NCBI GenBank assembly: GCA_963813155.1
Contig: CAWEYG010000002.1
Coordinates: 544,001-608,000 of the forward strand
Reading direction: 5' to 3'
Length of the DNA: 64,000 nt
Origin: an uncultured Acidobacteriota bacterium
GTDB lineage: Bacteria > Acidobacteriota > Thermoanaerobaculia > UBA5066 > DATFVB01
Positions 1 to 9,568 of the stretch are shown here, in pieces. Made by a program: the position numbers and the translations under genes. The notes beneath the pieces are model-generated. The model made no database searches and was not told the origin of the DNA. It saw only the letters and a list, made by a program, of their open reading frames with translations. Numbering within the stretch: position 1 is the stretch's first letter; each line of letters opens with the position of its first letter.

Positions 1-593
1 CCACCTCGACTTCGATCCGAAGCCCGAACGGCCCGCGAAGCCGGGCGGCGGCGACAGCAGCGGCGACCCCGCCGGCGATGGCGATGTGGTTGTCCTTGAC
101 CAGGATTCCGTCGTCGAGCCCGAAGCGATGGTTCGTTCCCCCGCCGGCAACGACCGCCTGCTTGTCGAGGGAGCGAAGGCCCGGCGCCGTCTTGCGGGTG
201 TCGAGAATCCGGGCGGCCGTTCCGCGCACGGCCTCGACGTAGCGCCTCGTCTCGGTCGCGATGCCCGACATTCTCTGGAGGAGATTGAGGGCAACCCGTT
301 CCCCCGCGAGAAGGCCCCGGGCGCCGCCCGAGACTTCGGCGATTCGGGATCCCGGGGCGACCAGCTCCCCTTCGACCGCGAGGGAGGTCCAACCCGATCC
401 GGGGTCAGCCAGGCCGAAGATTTCGCCGGCGATTTCGAGGCCGCTCGCGACGAGCTCGCTCTTGGCCAGAAGAACTCCTTTCGCCCGAATGCCTTCCGGC
501 ACGACGGCCCGGGAAGTCGCGTCGCCGCGACCGATGTCCTCCCAGAAGGAACATCTCCAGGCGCGACCTCAGGGCGGGATCGATCCGGCTCAC
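1..593 (-). CDS. nadC: Nicotinate-nucleotide pyrophosphorylase (quinolinate phosphoribosyltransferase); runs off window start; 1-nt frameshift near 542
   Basis: Reverse strand reads LEDIGRGDAT...ERVALNLLQRMSGIAT...ILDTRKT.PGLR...GGGTNHRFGLDDGILVKDNH...IEVEV. GTG start at 593; extra G in ctgggaggac; downstream of nadA. Confidence 0.93.
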
Positions 594-748
594 GCCGGCA
601 GGATATCTCGAACCGGCGGCGACGACGCCGCTCGAGACCCCCTTTTGCCGCTCGCGGCGCGCAGTCGTAGCAAAGTCCTCAAACCGCAGTGAGCGGAAAA
701 GCGGGGCGAGTCCCGTGACAGGACCCTCGCCGGCCGAGCGGGCTCGAC

Positions 749-1726
749 CTACGACAGCTCGAGCATGCGGAGGAGAGACTTCTCCGCCGCGGCGCGGACG
801 TCTTCCGGAATCGTGATCTCGGGCGTCTCGTCGCGCATCGCGAGGTAGATCTTTTCGACGGTGTTCTTCTTCATGAAGGGGCAGAGGTTGCACGCGCAGG
901 TGTCCGTGGGAAGCGGGATGAACTTCTTCCCGGGAGCGGCCTTCTCCATCTGGTGCAGGATCCCCGGCTCCGTCGCGATCAGAAATTCGGGCGCCTCGTT
1001 CGTCGTGACGTAGTTCAGGATCGACTTCGTCGAACCGACGTGATCCGCGTGCTTCAGGATCGCCTCGGGACATTCGGGGTGCGCGGCAATTTTCGCCCGG
1101 GGGTGGGCAACTTTCAGCCGGACGAGCTCGCGCTCGGAAAACTGTTCGTGGACGATGCAGGTGCCGGGCCAGAGGACGAGCTCGCGGCCGACTTTCTTCT
1201 CCAGCCAGGCGCCGAGATGCCGGTCGGGGGCGAAGAGGATCTCCCGGTCGGACGGAAACGAACGCACGATCTTTTCGGCATTCGACGACGTGCAAATGAC
1301 GTCCGACAGCGCCTTCACGCGGGCCGAACAATTGATGTAAGTGATCGACGCCGCGCCCGGATGCGCATCGCGGAAGGCCCGGAACGCGTCGGGAGGGCAC
1401 GAGTCTTCGAGCGAGCACCCGGCTCCCATGTCGGGGATCAGGACCTTTCGCGACGGATTCAGGATCTTCGCCGTCTCCGCCATGAAGCGAACGCCGGCGA
1501 ACAGGATGATGTCGGCGTCGGTCTTCTGCGCCGTCTTCGACAGGTCGAGCGAATCGCCGACGAAATCGGCGAGGTCCTGAATCTCCGCCTCCTGGTAGTA
1601 GTGGGCGAGCAACACAACCCGCTTTTCGCGCTTGAGCCGGCGGATTTCCCGCTCCAAATCGATCCGCGGGTCGATCGAGGAAGGTCCTTCGGTTCGGGCC
1701 GCGATCGCGCTCATCTCATGGATCAT
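749..1726 (-). CDS. nadA: Quinolinate synthase A
   Basis: LAHYYQ, GDSL, AGCSL, YINCS, CTSSNA, CIVH, AHPEC, CPFMK motifs. Confidence 0.97.
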   Translation of the reverse strand: MIHEMSAIAARTEGPSSIDPRIDLEREIRRLKREKRVVLLAHYYQEAEIQDLADFVGDSLDLSKTAQKTDADIILFAGVRFMAETAKILNPSRKVLIPDMGAGCSLEDSCPPDAFRAFRDAHPGAASITYINCSARVKALSDVICTSSNAEKIVRSFPSDREILFAPDRHLGAWLEKKVGRELVLWPGTCIVHEQFSERELVRLKVAHPRAKIAAHPECPEAILKHADHVGSTKSILNYVTTNEAPEFLIATEPGILHQMEKAAPGKKFIPLPTDTCACNLCPFMKKNTVEKIYLAMRDETPEITIPEDVRAAAEKSLLRMLELS

Positions 1727-1764
1727 AACGTCTTCGAAAGCCGGGGGATTTCGCGCGCACTGGC

Positions 1765-1780
1765 TGGCTCTGAAATTGCT
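1765..1780 (+). promoter_or_regulatory. sigma54 -24/-12 promoter of bacterioferritin
   Basis: TGGC-TCTGAAA-TTGCT, GG-N10-GC spacing. Confidence 0.6.
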
Positions 1781-1816
1781 GTAGGCTAGAAAGCGTCATT
1801 TGAAAGGAGCATCAGC

Positions 1817-2395
1817 ATGCCGAAAACGGAAGGGGCGGGCGGAAAAAAGGCGTTCGTGAGCGACATCCAGGAGCTCCGCCGCCGAGCCCGACAGCACATG
1901 GACAAGGGCGCGGTCACCGAAGGCTACAAAGCCGACCGGCCCACGGTGATCAAGATCCTCAACGAGGCGCTCGCGACCGAGATCATCTGCATCCTCCGCT
2001 ACAAACGCCACTACTTCATGGCCGACGGAATCCACGCCCAGGCGGTCAAGGCGGAGTTCCTCCAGCACGCCAACGAGGAACAGGGGCACGCCGACCTGAT
2101 CGCCGAGCGCATCACGCAGCTCGACGGCGAGCCGAACTTCAGCCCGGAGGGCCTCTCCACCCGGAGCCATGCCGAATACGTGGAAGGCACCGACCTCCTC
2201 GACATGATTCGCGAAGACCTCGTCGCCGAGCGCATCGCCATCGATTCGTACTCCGAAATGATCCGATACATCGGGGACGACGACGTCACCACGCGGCGCA
2301 TGCTCGAGGGCATCCTCGCCATGGAAGAGGAGCACGCCGAAGACCTGAAGACGATGTTGAAGACGCTCGGCAAGGAAGAACGCTCGGCGGGATAA
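1817..2395 (+). CDS. bfr: Bacterioferritin / ferritin-like protein
   Basis: LNEALATE, HANEEQGHAD, DLVAERIAIDSY, EEEHAED ferroxidase-type motifs; AAGGAG RBS. Confidence 0.88.
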   Translation: MPKTEGAGGKKAFVSDIQELRRRARQHMDKGAVTEGYKADRPTVIKILNEALATEIICILRYKRHYFMADGIHAQAVKAEFLQHANEEQGHADLIAERITQLDGEPNFSPEGLSTRSHAEYVEGTDLLDMIREDLVAERIAIDSYSEMIRYIGDDDVTTRRMLEGILAMEEEHAEDLKTMLKTLGKEERSAG

Positions 2396-2405
2396 AATCC
2401 CGCCA

Positions 2406-4010
2406 ATGTCCGACGCCTCCTGTCCCCGGAGCGGCGAAGAGAAATATCGCCTCCTGCTGCAGGTGTCGGAAGCGGCAAACGCGCAGCTCGAGCTGGCGGG
2501 AGTCCTCGGAGCCGTGGCTCGCGCCCTCAAGGCGTTCGTGCCGGTCGACGCGATCGGCGTCGCCACCACGGACGGAGAGCTCGTCCGCCTGCACGCGATC
2601 CACATCGAAGGAGTCGAGCGCCTGCCGGGGGAGCCGTTCGCGGAGGTCATGACGCGGGCCCTGCACCTCTCGGCCGACCAGGTCGCGCAAATCTCCGGCG
2701 GGCTGCCGTTCCACGGATCGGGAACGGAGTACGTCGGCCGGACGGGGAAGGCCTACGTCTGCCAGAACCTTCCCGAGGAGAAGTTGTTCGCGGAGGACGA
2801 CCGGCTTCTCTCCTATGGAATCCAGTCGTACGTCCGCACTCCCCTGTTCGTCCGGGAGCGTCTGATCGGCTCGATCGCGTTCTCGCGAACTCGCCAGAGG
2901 CGCTTCGAGCCCGACGAGGTCGATACTCTCGAAGGCGTCTCCCGGCCGATCGCGACCGCGGTGGCGAACTCGCTCGCCTTCGACGAGATCGGAAAGCTGA
3001 AGGACCGGTTCCAGCAGGAGAACCTCGTCCTGAAAGAGGAAATCGACCAGGAATCGATGTTCGAGGAGATCGTGGGAGCCTCGAAAGCCCTGCGAAAAGT
3101 CCTTTCGAAAGTGGAAAAAGTCGCGCCGACCGACTCGACCGTTCTGCTGACCGGGGAGACTGGGACCGGAAAAGAGCTCATCGCGCGCGCGATCCACCGG
3201 CGGTCCCGCCGGTCGGAAAGCGTCCTCCTGAAAGTGAACCTGGCGGCTCTTCCGCCTTCGCTCATCGCTTCGGAGCTCTTCGGCCACGAGAAGGGCGCTT
3301 TCACGGGAGCCCTCCAGCGGCGCCCGGGCCGCTTCGAGCTCGCCTCCGGCGGAACGATCTTCCTCGACGAGGTCGGGGAACTCCCCTCGGAGATCCAGGT
3401 CGCGTTGCTGCGGGTCCTTCAGGAGGGAGAATTCGAGCGCGTCGGCGGAACACGAACGCTTCGCACCGACGCGCGGGTGATCGCCGCGACGAACCGGGAC
3501 CTCGCGAGCGCGGTCGACGAGGGCGCCTTCCGCAGCGACCTCTATTACCGGCTGAACGTCTTTCCGATTGAGCTGCCCCCGCTGCGGGAACGGCGCGAAG
3601 ACATTCCGATCCTCGTCGAATACTTCACGGCGCGCCATTCCGCCCGGCTGGGGAAGAGGATCCGAAAAGTCGAGAAGAGGACGATGGACCGCCTCGTCGC
3701 TTACTCCTGGCCCGGGAACGTGCGCGAGCTCGAGAATCTCCTCGAGAGGGCGGCGATTCTCGCCGAGGGCGAAACGCTCGAGATCGAAGAAAGCGCCCTC
3801 GCGGGACCGTCCGCGTCCGCCCCGGGCGGCGCGCTTCCGGCGAGCCTCCTGGGACAGGAAAAGCGAATGATCGAAGCCGTTCTCGCGGAAACGCGCGGCC
3901 GAGTCTCGGGGCCTTCCGGCGCGGCGGCGCGGCTGCAAATCCCTTCGACCACGCTCGAATCGAAGATCCGAAAGTTGAAGATCGACAAGTACCGGTTTCG
4001 CTCCGTTTAG
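2406..4010 (+). CDS. GAF-domain sigma54-dependent enhancer-binding protein (FhlA-like, Fis HTH)
   Basis: N-terminal GAF, GETGTGKE Walker A, intact GAFTGA, FLDEVGE, WPGNVREL, C-terminal HTH. Confidence 0.95.
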   Translation: MSDASCPRSGEEKYRLLLQVSEAANAQLELAGVLGAVARALKAFVPVDAIGVATTDGELVRLHAIHIEGVERLPGEPFAEVMTRALHLSADQVAQISGGLPFHGSGTEYVGRTGKAYVCQNLPEEKLFAEDDRLLSYGIQSYVRTPLFVRERLIGSIAFSRTRQRRFEPDEVDTLEGVSRPIATAVANSLAFDEIGKLKDRFQQENLVLKEEIDQESMFEEIVGASKALRKVLSKVEKVAPTDSTVLLTGETGTGKELIARAIHRRSRRSESVLLKVNLAALPPSLIASELFGHEKGAFTGALQRRPGRFELASGGTIFLDEVGELPSEIQVALLRVLQEGEFERVGGTRTLRTDARVIAATNRDLASAVDEGAFRSDLYYRLNVFPIELPPLRERREDIPILVEYFTARHSARLGKRIRKVEKRTMDRLVAYSWPGNVRELENLLERAAILAEGETLEIEESALAGPSASAPGGALPASLLGQEKRMIEAVLAETRGRVSGPSGAAARLQIPSTTLESKIRKLKIDKYRFRSV

Positions 4011-4073
4011 GCGAGTCTTCCGCGCGGTTCTCGCCATTCGAGCCTAGAATACGACTCACGTTATTCCAAAAAA

Positions 4074-6224
4074 ATGAGACAGGAGAAATTCATGAAAACC
4101 GTGGCGCCGTCCCTGGCGATTCTGGCTGCTGCTTTGTCGTTCTCCTCGCTGGCGTTTGCCGGATTCGCATCGACCGAAACGTTCCTGCCCGCCGTCGGAC
4201 GCGTGACGGGACAGGGCGGGGCGCAGTTCTACACGACGATCTGGGCAACGAACCTCACGGGTGTTACGGTCTCCTTCACTTTCGACTTCCTCAAGCAGGG
4301 ACAGGCCAACCCGAGCCCGGCGAGTTTCTCGGACACGCTCGCGCCGGGACAGACGAAAGTCTACGAGAACATCGTCGAGACGAAGCTCGGTCTCTCCGGC
4401 CAGCTCGGCGCCGCGCGGATCACCGCCTCCGGCGAGATCCTCGTCTCCGAGCGGATCTACAACCAGGCTCCGGGAGACGACGTCGGAAAATCCGAAGGGC
4501 TTTTCTTCGCCGGCGTGCCGAGATCTCTCTCGATCTCGCTTGGCCAGTCCGCATCGATCCAGGGGATCAACCAGGGAGGTTCGGAGAGCTTTCGCTACAA
4601 CTTCGCCCTCGTGGAAACCGGAGGCGGGAGCCCGACCGTCAACGTCCAGCTCTTCGACGGCAACGCGACGATGCTCGGGCAGAAGGCGTACAACCTGCAA
4701 CCCTACGAGCAGGTCCAGCCCAACGTCGCGGATCTCTTCTCAGGAATCGCGACGACGAACGCGCGGATCACCGCGACGGTGACCGGGGGCTCGGGATCGG
4801 CCCTGATCGCCGGCGCACAACTCGCCAACGAGTCGCAGGACTCCTCCGGCTTCGAGATGAGCTTTCGCGACAGCATCCTCGGCGGCGGCACCGGAGTCAC
4901 GAGCCTGAACAGCCTCACCGGCGCGCTCAACCTGACAGCCGGAACCGGAATCACGATCACGCCGTCCGGGAATACCATCATGGTCGCCGCCACCGCCGGA
5001 AGCGGCGGAATCCTCACGCTTCCGTACAGCCAGATGGTGGCCGATGCGGATCATCCCGGCTTTGCCATCACGAACACCGCCACCGCGCCGAGCGGGGGAG
5101 CCAACTCGGCCATCACCGGCATCGGAGGCGTTCCGTCAGGTTTCGCGGGCGGACAATTCTCGAATGGAACGACCGGTGTCACCGGCGATTCAAAGACAGG
5201 GACAGGCGTCGTGGGATCCTCTTTGGGCTCCGTCGGCGTCCTCGGCGCGAGCGGCGGTATAGCGGGCGTACTGGGCGTGGTTTTTACGGAGAGTCCAGGA
5301 ACCGTCGGCTATGGCGTTGCTGGACTTTCTTCCTCGTCAAAAAGCACCGGCGTTTTTGGCCAACAGGGGTTGACCGGTCCCGACGTCTCGAACGATATTG
5401 CCGGCGTCGAGGGCTCGTCGAGCGACCAGGCCGGCGTGATCGGTCGCAGTGCGACGAACAACGGAGTCCAGGGATTCAGCGACGCCGGCGGAATAGGAGG
5501 CGTGATTGGTAACAACGACTCTTCCTCCGGATGGGGTGCCGAGGGATACAACACAGCGACAAACGGGCACGGGTACCTCGGTGGTTACGAGTACGGCGTG
5601 CTCGGCGTCGCTCCGATGTTTATTGATCGCGCTGTGTATGCAGGCAGCTTTCAGGGCGATGTCACCGTCACCGGCCACTTGAGCGCCCATGGCGTCACGC
5701 TGGCCGTATCTCCAGATCCGATACGGCCGGAGATGGAGATTCGCTATGTCTCCCTCGAGGGAAGAGAGGCGGGCACCTACTTCCGTGGCACGGCGCGGAT
5801 CGTGAACGGCTTTGCAACGATCGAGGTCCCCGAGGATTTCCGAATGGTGACGACGGAAAAGGGGTTAACCGTGGTCGTTACGCCGGTCGGCGGACTCGCC
5901 GTGCTCGCCGCAATTCATCAGGGTCTCGACAAGATCGTCATTCAGGGTTCGGCCGACGTCGATTTCAATTACATGGTCAACGGCGTTCGAAAAGGATCGG
6001 AAGACTTCGCTCCCGTGGCCAGGAATGAGGACTTCGTTCCGCGCTCCGCCGAAGACAAAGAATTCGCACGCCATCTCGACGCAAACGCGATCGCGGCGCT
6101 CAAGGCCAACGGGATCCTGAACGCCGACGGCTCGATCAATCTCAAGACCGCGCACCGGCTCGGCTGGGACCGGAAACCGGGGTGGAGCGGCGCGAAACCG
6201 GAATCGAACGCGAAAATCCAATAA
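4074..6224 (+). CDS. Secreted fibre/adhesin-like protein with Gly-Val repeats and tail-fibre-like C-terminus
   Basis: Signal peptide; GVTSLNSLTGALNLTAGTGITITPSG segment; GVxG repeats; C-terminal EGREAGTYFRGTARIVNGFATIEVPEDF. Confidence 0.65.
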   Translation: MRQEKFMKTVAPSLAILAAALSFSSLAFAGFASTETFLPAVGRVTGQGGAQFYTTIWATNLTGVTVSFTFDFLKQGQANPSPASFSDTLAPGQTKVYENIVETKLGLSGQLGAARITASGEILVSERIYNQAPGDDVGKSEGLFFAGVPRSLSISLGQSASIQGINQGGSESFRYNFALVETGGGSPTVNVQLFDGNATMLGQKAYNLQPYEQVQPNVADLFSGIATTNARITATVTGGSGSALIAGAQLANESQDSSGFEMSFRDSILGGGTGVTSLNSLTGALNLTAGTGITITPSGNTIMVAATAGSGGILTLPYSQMVADADHPGFAITNTATAPSGGANSAITGIGGVPSGFAGGQFSNGTTGVTGDSKTGTGVVGSSLGSVGVLGASGGIAGVLGVVFTESPGTVGYGVAGLSSSSKSTGVFGQQGLTGPDVSNDIAGVEGSSSDQAGVIGRSATNNGVQGFSDAGGIGGVIGNNDSSSGWGAEGYNTATNGHGYLGGYEYGVLGVAPMFIDRAVYAGSFQGDVTVTGHLSAHGVTLAVSPDPIRPEMEIRYVSLEGREAGTYFRGTARIVNGFATIEVPEDFRMVTTEKGLTVVVTPVGGLAVLAAIHQGLDKIVIQGSADVDFNYMVNGVRKGSEDFAPVARNEDFVPRSAEDKEFARHLDANAIAALKANGILNADGSINLKTAHRLGWDRKPGWSGAKPESNAKIQ

Positions 6225-6238
6225 AATCACTCCCTTCC

Positions 6239-6613
6239 ATGGCGGACCAGAAGAACGATCCTCCGAACGAGCGGCGCCGGGGAAGACGGATCAGCCCGGC
6301 GAAGCCGCTCTCGGCCCGGGTCCGCATGGTCACCGAGGCCTTCATCCGGAATCTCTCGACGGGAGGAGCGCTCATCGAGTCGGACCGGGCGCTCGCGCCG
6401 GGGTCCCGATGCGAGCTTCACCTCGAGCTCGGCGGCGTCGCGACGACCGCGATAGCGAGAGTCGTGAGGTGCCACATGCTCGCGGGAAAGGGCGCGCGCT
6501 ACCAGTCGGGGCTCTCGTTCGAGGAGATCGACGACAGGACGCGCTCCGCGATCGAGAAGATCGTGAAGGCGGCCGGCGACGGGGGACCGCTGCCCGGAAA
6601 GCTCAAGGTCTGA
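6239..6613 (+). CDS. PilZ-domain c-di-GMP receptor
   Basis: RRRGRR (RxxxR) and NLSTGG (D/NxSxxG) motifs. Confidence 0.85.
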   Translation: MADQKNDPPNERRRGRRISPAKPLSARVRMVTEAFIRNLSTGGALIESDRALAPGSRCELHLELGGVATTAIARVVRCHMLAGKGARYQSGLSFEEIDDRTRSAIEKIVKAAGDGGPLPGKLKV

Positions 6614-6639
6614 CCGGCAGCCCTCCGGATCTTCCGAAC

Positions 6640-6742
6640 TTACGGATTTGCGTAAAAACACGCGAACCTTGGGAAAGACAGGCCGGGCGCTACCTGTGCC
6701 ATCAACGACTTAGGCCCTGGTAGCGCTGGCACGCGTCTTGAT
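6640..6742 (+). promoter_or_regulatory. sigma54 promoter region: candidate UAS palindrome, IHF-like site, -24/-12
   Basis: TTACG-N6-CGTAA (6640-6655), CATCAACGACTTA (6700-6712), TGGCACGCGTCTTGAT (6727-6742; GA instead of GC at -12). Confidence 0.55.
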
Positions 6743-6762
6743 CTCCTCTTCGGCGTGAGCCC

Positions 6763-7041
6763 ATGCTGAAGATCGAGAAGACTTCCGAGACCGCGACGGC
6801 CGTCACGTTCTTTCTCTCCGGCCGGATCTCCGCGGACCATGTTCCCGAATTGAACCGGCTGCTTCGAGAGGCCCGCGACGCCGGCCAGACCGTGACCCTC
6901 GACCTCGAGGGCGTCGGCCTCGTGGATCGGAAGGCCGTGGAGTTCTTCACGAAGGGCGAGGGGGCGAAATCGAAACTCCTGCACTGCCCCGTGTACGTCA
7001 GCGAGTGGTTGCGCTGCGAAGGCCGGAAGATCGCGCAATGA
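6763..7041 (+). CDS. STAS-like small protein
   Basis: FLSGRI...VTLDLEGVGLVDRKAV pattern. Confidence 0.7.
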   Translation: MLKIEKTSETATAVTFFLSGRISADHVPELNRLLREARDAGQTVTLDLEGVGLVDRKAVEFFTKGEGAKSKLLHCPVYVSEWLRCEGRKIAQ

Positions 7042-8384
7042 GTCGCACAGCAACCCGAAACGCGGCGGCCGCGGCGCTCGTCTACTTCGGCCTTTCTTCC
7101 GCGCTCACGGCCCAGACGCCGGGCGGGGCGCCCCTTCCCGGAAAACTCACGCTCGCCGACGCGGTCCAGCGAGCGCTGTCCGACGGCACCGCCGCGAAGC
7201 TCGCGTCGCTGCGCGTGGAGGAGTCCCGGGCGGCCGCACTCGAGGCGAAGTCGGCTCTGTTTCCGCGGCTCGACGCCGCTGTCCAGGACCAGAACGAGGT
7301 CCTCAATCTCAAGACGTTCGGACTGACGATTCCCGGTTTTCCCTCCGTGGTCGGACCGTTCAACGTCTTCGACGCGCATCTCGCCGCCGCCTACAACGTC
7401 GTTGACCTCGCCGCCCGGCGCCGATACCAGGCCGCTCGAAGCGGGATCGGCATCTCGGAGACCGAGCGACGCCGGGCCGACGACGACGTCGCGGCCGCTG
7501 TCGCGACGATCTATCTCGCGGTCCGGAAGGCGGAGGCTCAGGTCGACGAGACGCAGGCAAACGTGACGCTCTTCGATCGCCTTTCCGAGCTCGCGCAGCA
7601 CCAGCTCGACGCCGGTGTCGCGACGAAGCTCGACACCACCCGCGCCCGGGTGCAGCTCTCGCGGCGGAGGCAGGACCTTCTCGTCGCGCAGACGCAGCGC
7701 GACACGGCGAAGATCGTGCTGTTGAGAGCGATCGGGGCGGATCTCGGAGAGGCGTTCGCGCTCGAAGAGCCGACGACACCGGAGCGCGACGCGCCCTCTC
7801 TCGAAGAAGCGCTCGGCCAGGCCCGATCGGATCGGCCGGAGATCGCTACCGCCCGGGAGCGTCTCGAAGAGGCGCGGCTCGAATTTCTCGCTGTCCGATC
7901 CGAGAAGTATCCGCGGCTCGTCGCGCAGGCGCAGGGGGGATACAACGGCAATTACCTCGGCGACCTCTCCTGGAACCGCGTCGTCGGAGCGACGGTTTCC
8001 GTCCCCATTTTCACGGGGGGGCAGATCGGCGCGCGAGAAGCGGGAGCGAGAGCTCGCGCGCGGGAGCTCGAAGTTCAGGCGCTCGACGCCGAGCGACAGG
8101 TCGAAGAAGATGTTCGCCGCGCCCTGTTGGCCTACGAAAGCGCGGTCAGCCGCGTCACGCTCGCGGAGGAGACCTCGCGCCTCGCCGCCGACGAGCTCGA
8201 TCTGGCGCGGGACCGTTTCGCCAACGGGGTTTCCAACGACGTCGAAGTCGATAACGCCCAGACCGCCCTGACGTCCGCGAGCGATTCGCGCCTCGCCGCG
8301 CTGGCGGATCGCGCGCAGGCGTGGTTCGATCTGGAGCACGCGACCGGGAGGATCCGGGAGGCGATTCTGCAGGGAGGAAGATGA
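7038..8384 (+). CDS. TolC-family outer membrane efflux protein
   Basis: Signal peptide, two OEP repeats (LFPRLD, KYPRL, VSVPIFTGG, RDRFANGVS). Confidence 0.92.
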   Translation: MSRTATRNAAAAALVYFGLSSALTAQTPGGAPLPGKLTLADAVQRALSDGTAAKLASLRVEESRAAALEAKSALFPRLDAAVQDQNEVLNLKTFGLTIPGFPSVVGPFNVFDAHLAAAYNVVDLAARRRYQAARSGIGISETERRRADDDVAAAVATIYLAVRKAEAQVDETQANVTLFDRLSELAQHQLDAGVATKLDTTRARVQLSRRRQDLLVAQTQRDTAKIVLLRAIGADLGEAFALEEPTTPERDAPSLEEALGQARSDRPEIATARERLEEARLEFLAVRSEKYPRLVAQAQGGYNGNYLGDLSWNRVVGATVSVPIFTGGQIGAREAGARARARELEVQALDAERQVEEDVRRALLAYESAVSRVTLAEETSRLAADELDLARDRFANGVSNDVEVDNAQTALTSASDSRLAALADRAQAWFDLEHATGRIREAILQGGR

Positions 8385-9380
8385 TGGAAGCTCGAGCTCA
8401 AGAGGGCTCCAGGCCGGAAGCGCGACCCGCGCGTTCCCGGAAGAGGCGCGTGATCGCGTATCGGTCTCCTGGCGGCGGCGCTCGTCGTCGGCGCGATCTT
8501 CGCGGTCCGGACGGTCCGTTTCTACGGCCACCATGCCGTGACCGACGACGCTCAAATCGAGGCCCACATCGACCCCGTCATCCCCCGGATCCCGGGATAC
8601 GTCACCGAAGTCGGCGTTCGCGACAACGAAACGGTCAAAGCCGGGCAGGTCATCGTCCGCATCGACCCGCGCGACCTGCAGTCGAAGGTGGACACGGCGC
8701 AGGGAGCCGTCGAGAACGCCCGCGCGCAGGTCTCGGTCGCGCGCGCCAACGTCTCCGCCGCGCGGGCGGCCTCGAACAAGGCAGACGAGGATCTCGCGCG
8801 CTACCGCCCGCTGCGACAGAAGGAAGAAATTTCCCAGCAGCAGTTCGACGCGGCCCGCGCGGCCGCCGACGCCGCGAAATCGCAGCTCGAGGCGGCGGCG
8901 CAGCAGGTCCAGGCGGCCTCCGGACAGGTCGCCCAGAAACAGGCCGACCTCGACTGGGCGCGCCTCCAGCTTTCCTACGCGACGGTGGCCGCTCCCGCGT
9001 CCGGAGTCGTCTCGAAGAAAGACGTGGAGGTCGGCCAGCTCGTCGCCGCCGGCCAGCCGCTCATGGCGATCGTCGAAGGCTCGGAGGTGTGGGTCGTCGC
9101 GAACTTCAAGGAAACTCAGCTTCGAAAGATGCGCGTCGGCCAGACGGCGGAATTCACGGTGGACGCGTACCCGAAAAAGGTCTTCCGCGGCCGCGTCGAC
9201 TCGTTTTCTGCCGCGACGGGCGCGAAATTCTCCCTCCTGCCGCCCGACAACGCGACGGGAAACTTCACGAAGGTCGTCCAGCGAGTCCCCGTCAAGATCG
9301 TCCCGACCGAGGCTCCCGATGCCCGGTATCCCCTTCGCGCCGGAATGAGCGTCAACGCGACCGTCGACTTCGACAGATGA
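8381..9380 (+). CDS. emrA: EmrA/HlyD-family membrane fusion protein; frameshift near 8459
   Basis: TDDAQI, ANFKETQL, FSLLPPDNATGNFTKVVQRVPVKI; start and N-terminal basic segment lie in another frame. Confidence 0.9.
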
Positions 9381-9562
9381 CCGCGCCGAATCTCTTCGCG
9401 GAGGCAATCGTTTTCGGCCCGGCCAACGTATACACGTCGAAGATGAGCTCCAGCCGGAAGCCCGACCGCCTCGCGTTGCTCTTTGCGCTGCTCGCCGTCG
9501 GCTCCCTCGGCGCGGAAGTCTGGGCGCTCGTCCGAACGCTCGGGCTGCTGCTCGCCCGGTAG
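9377..9562 (+). CDS. Small membrane peptide between emrA and emrB (alternative start 9443)
   Basis: ATGA overlap with emrA stop; hydrophobic LALLFALLAVGSLGAEVWALVRTLGLLLAR; ends 6 nt before emrB. Confidence 0.4.
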   Translation: MTAPNLFAEAIVFGPANVYTSKMSSSRKPDRLALLFALLAVGSLGAEVWALVRTLGLLLAR

Positions 9563-9568
9563 GGCTCC

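Noticed and set aside
1727-1816. NAD+-I (nadA motif) riboswitch, known upstream of nadA in Acidobacteria
   Set aside because: Only about 90 nt, shared with the divergent bfr promoter and RBS; no aptamer-like structure recognised.
4074-6224. Prophage or diversity-generating retroelement target
   Set aside because: No phage structural genes, integrase, reverse transcriptase or template repeat in the window; the protein has a Sec signal.
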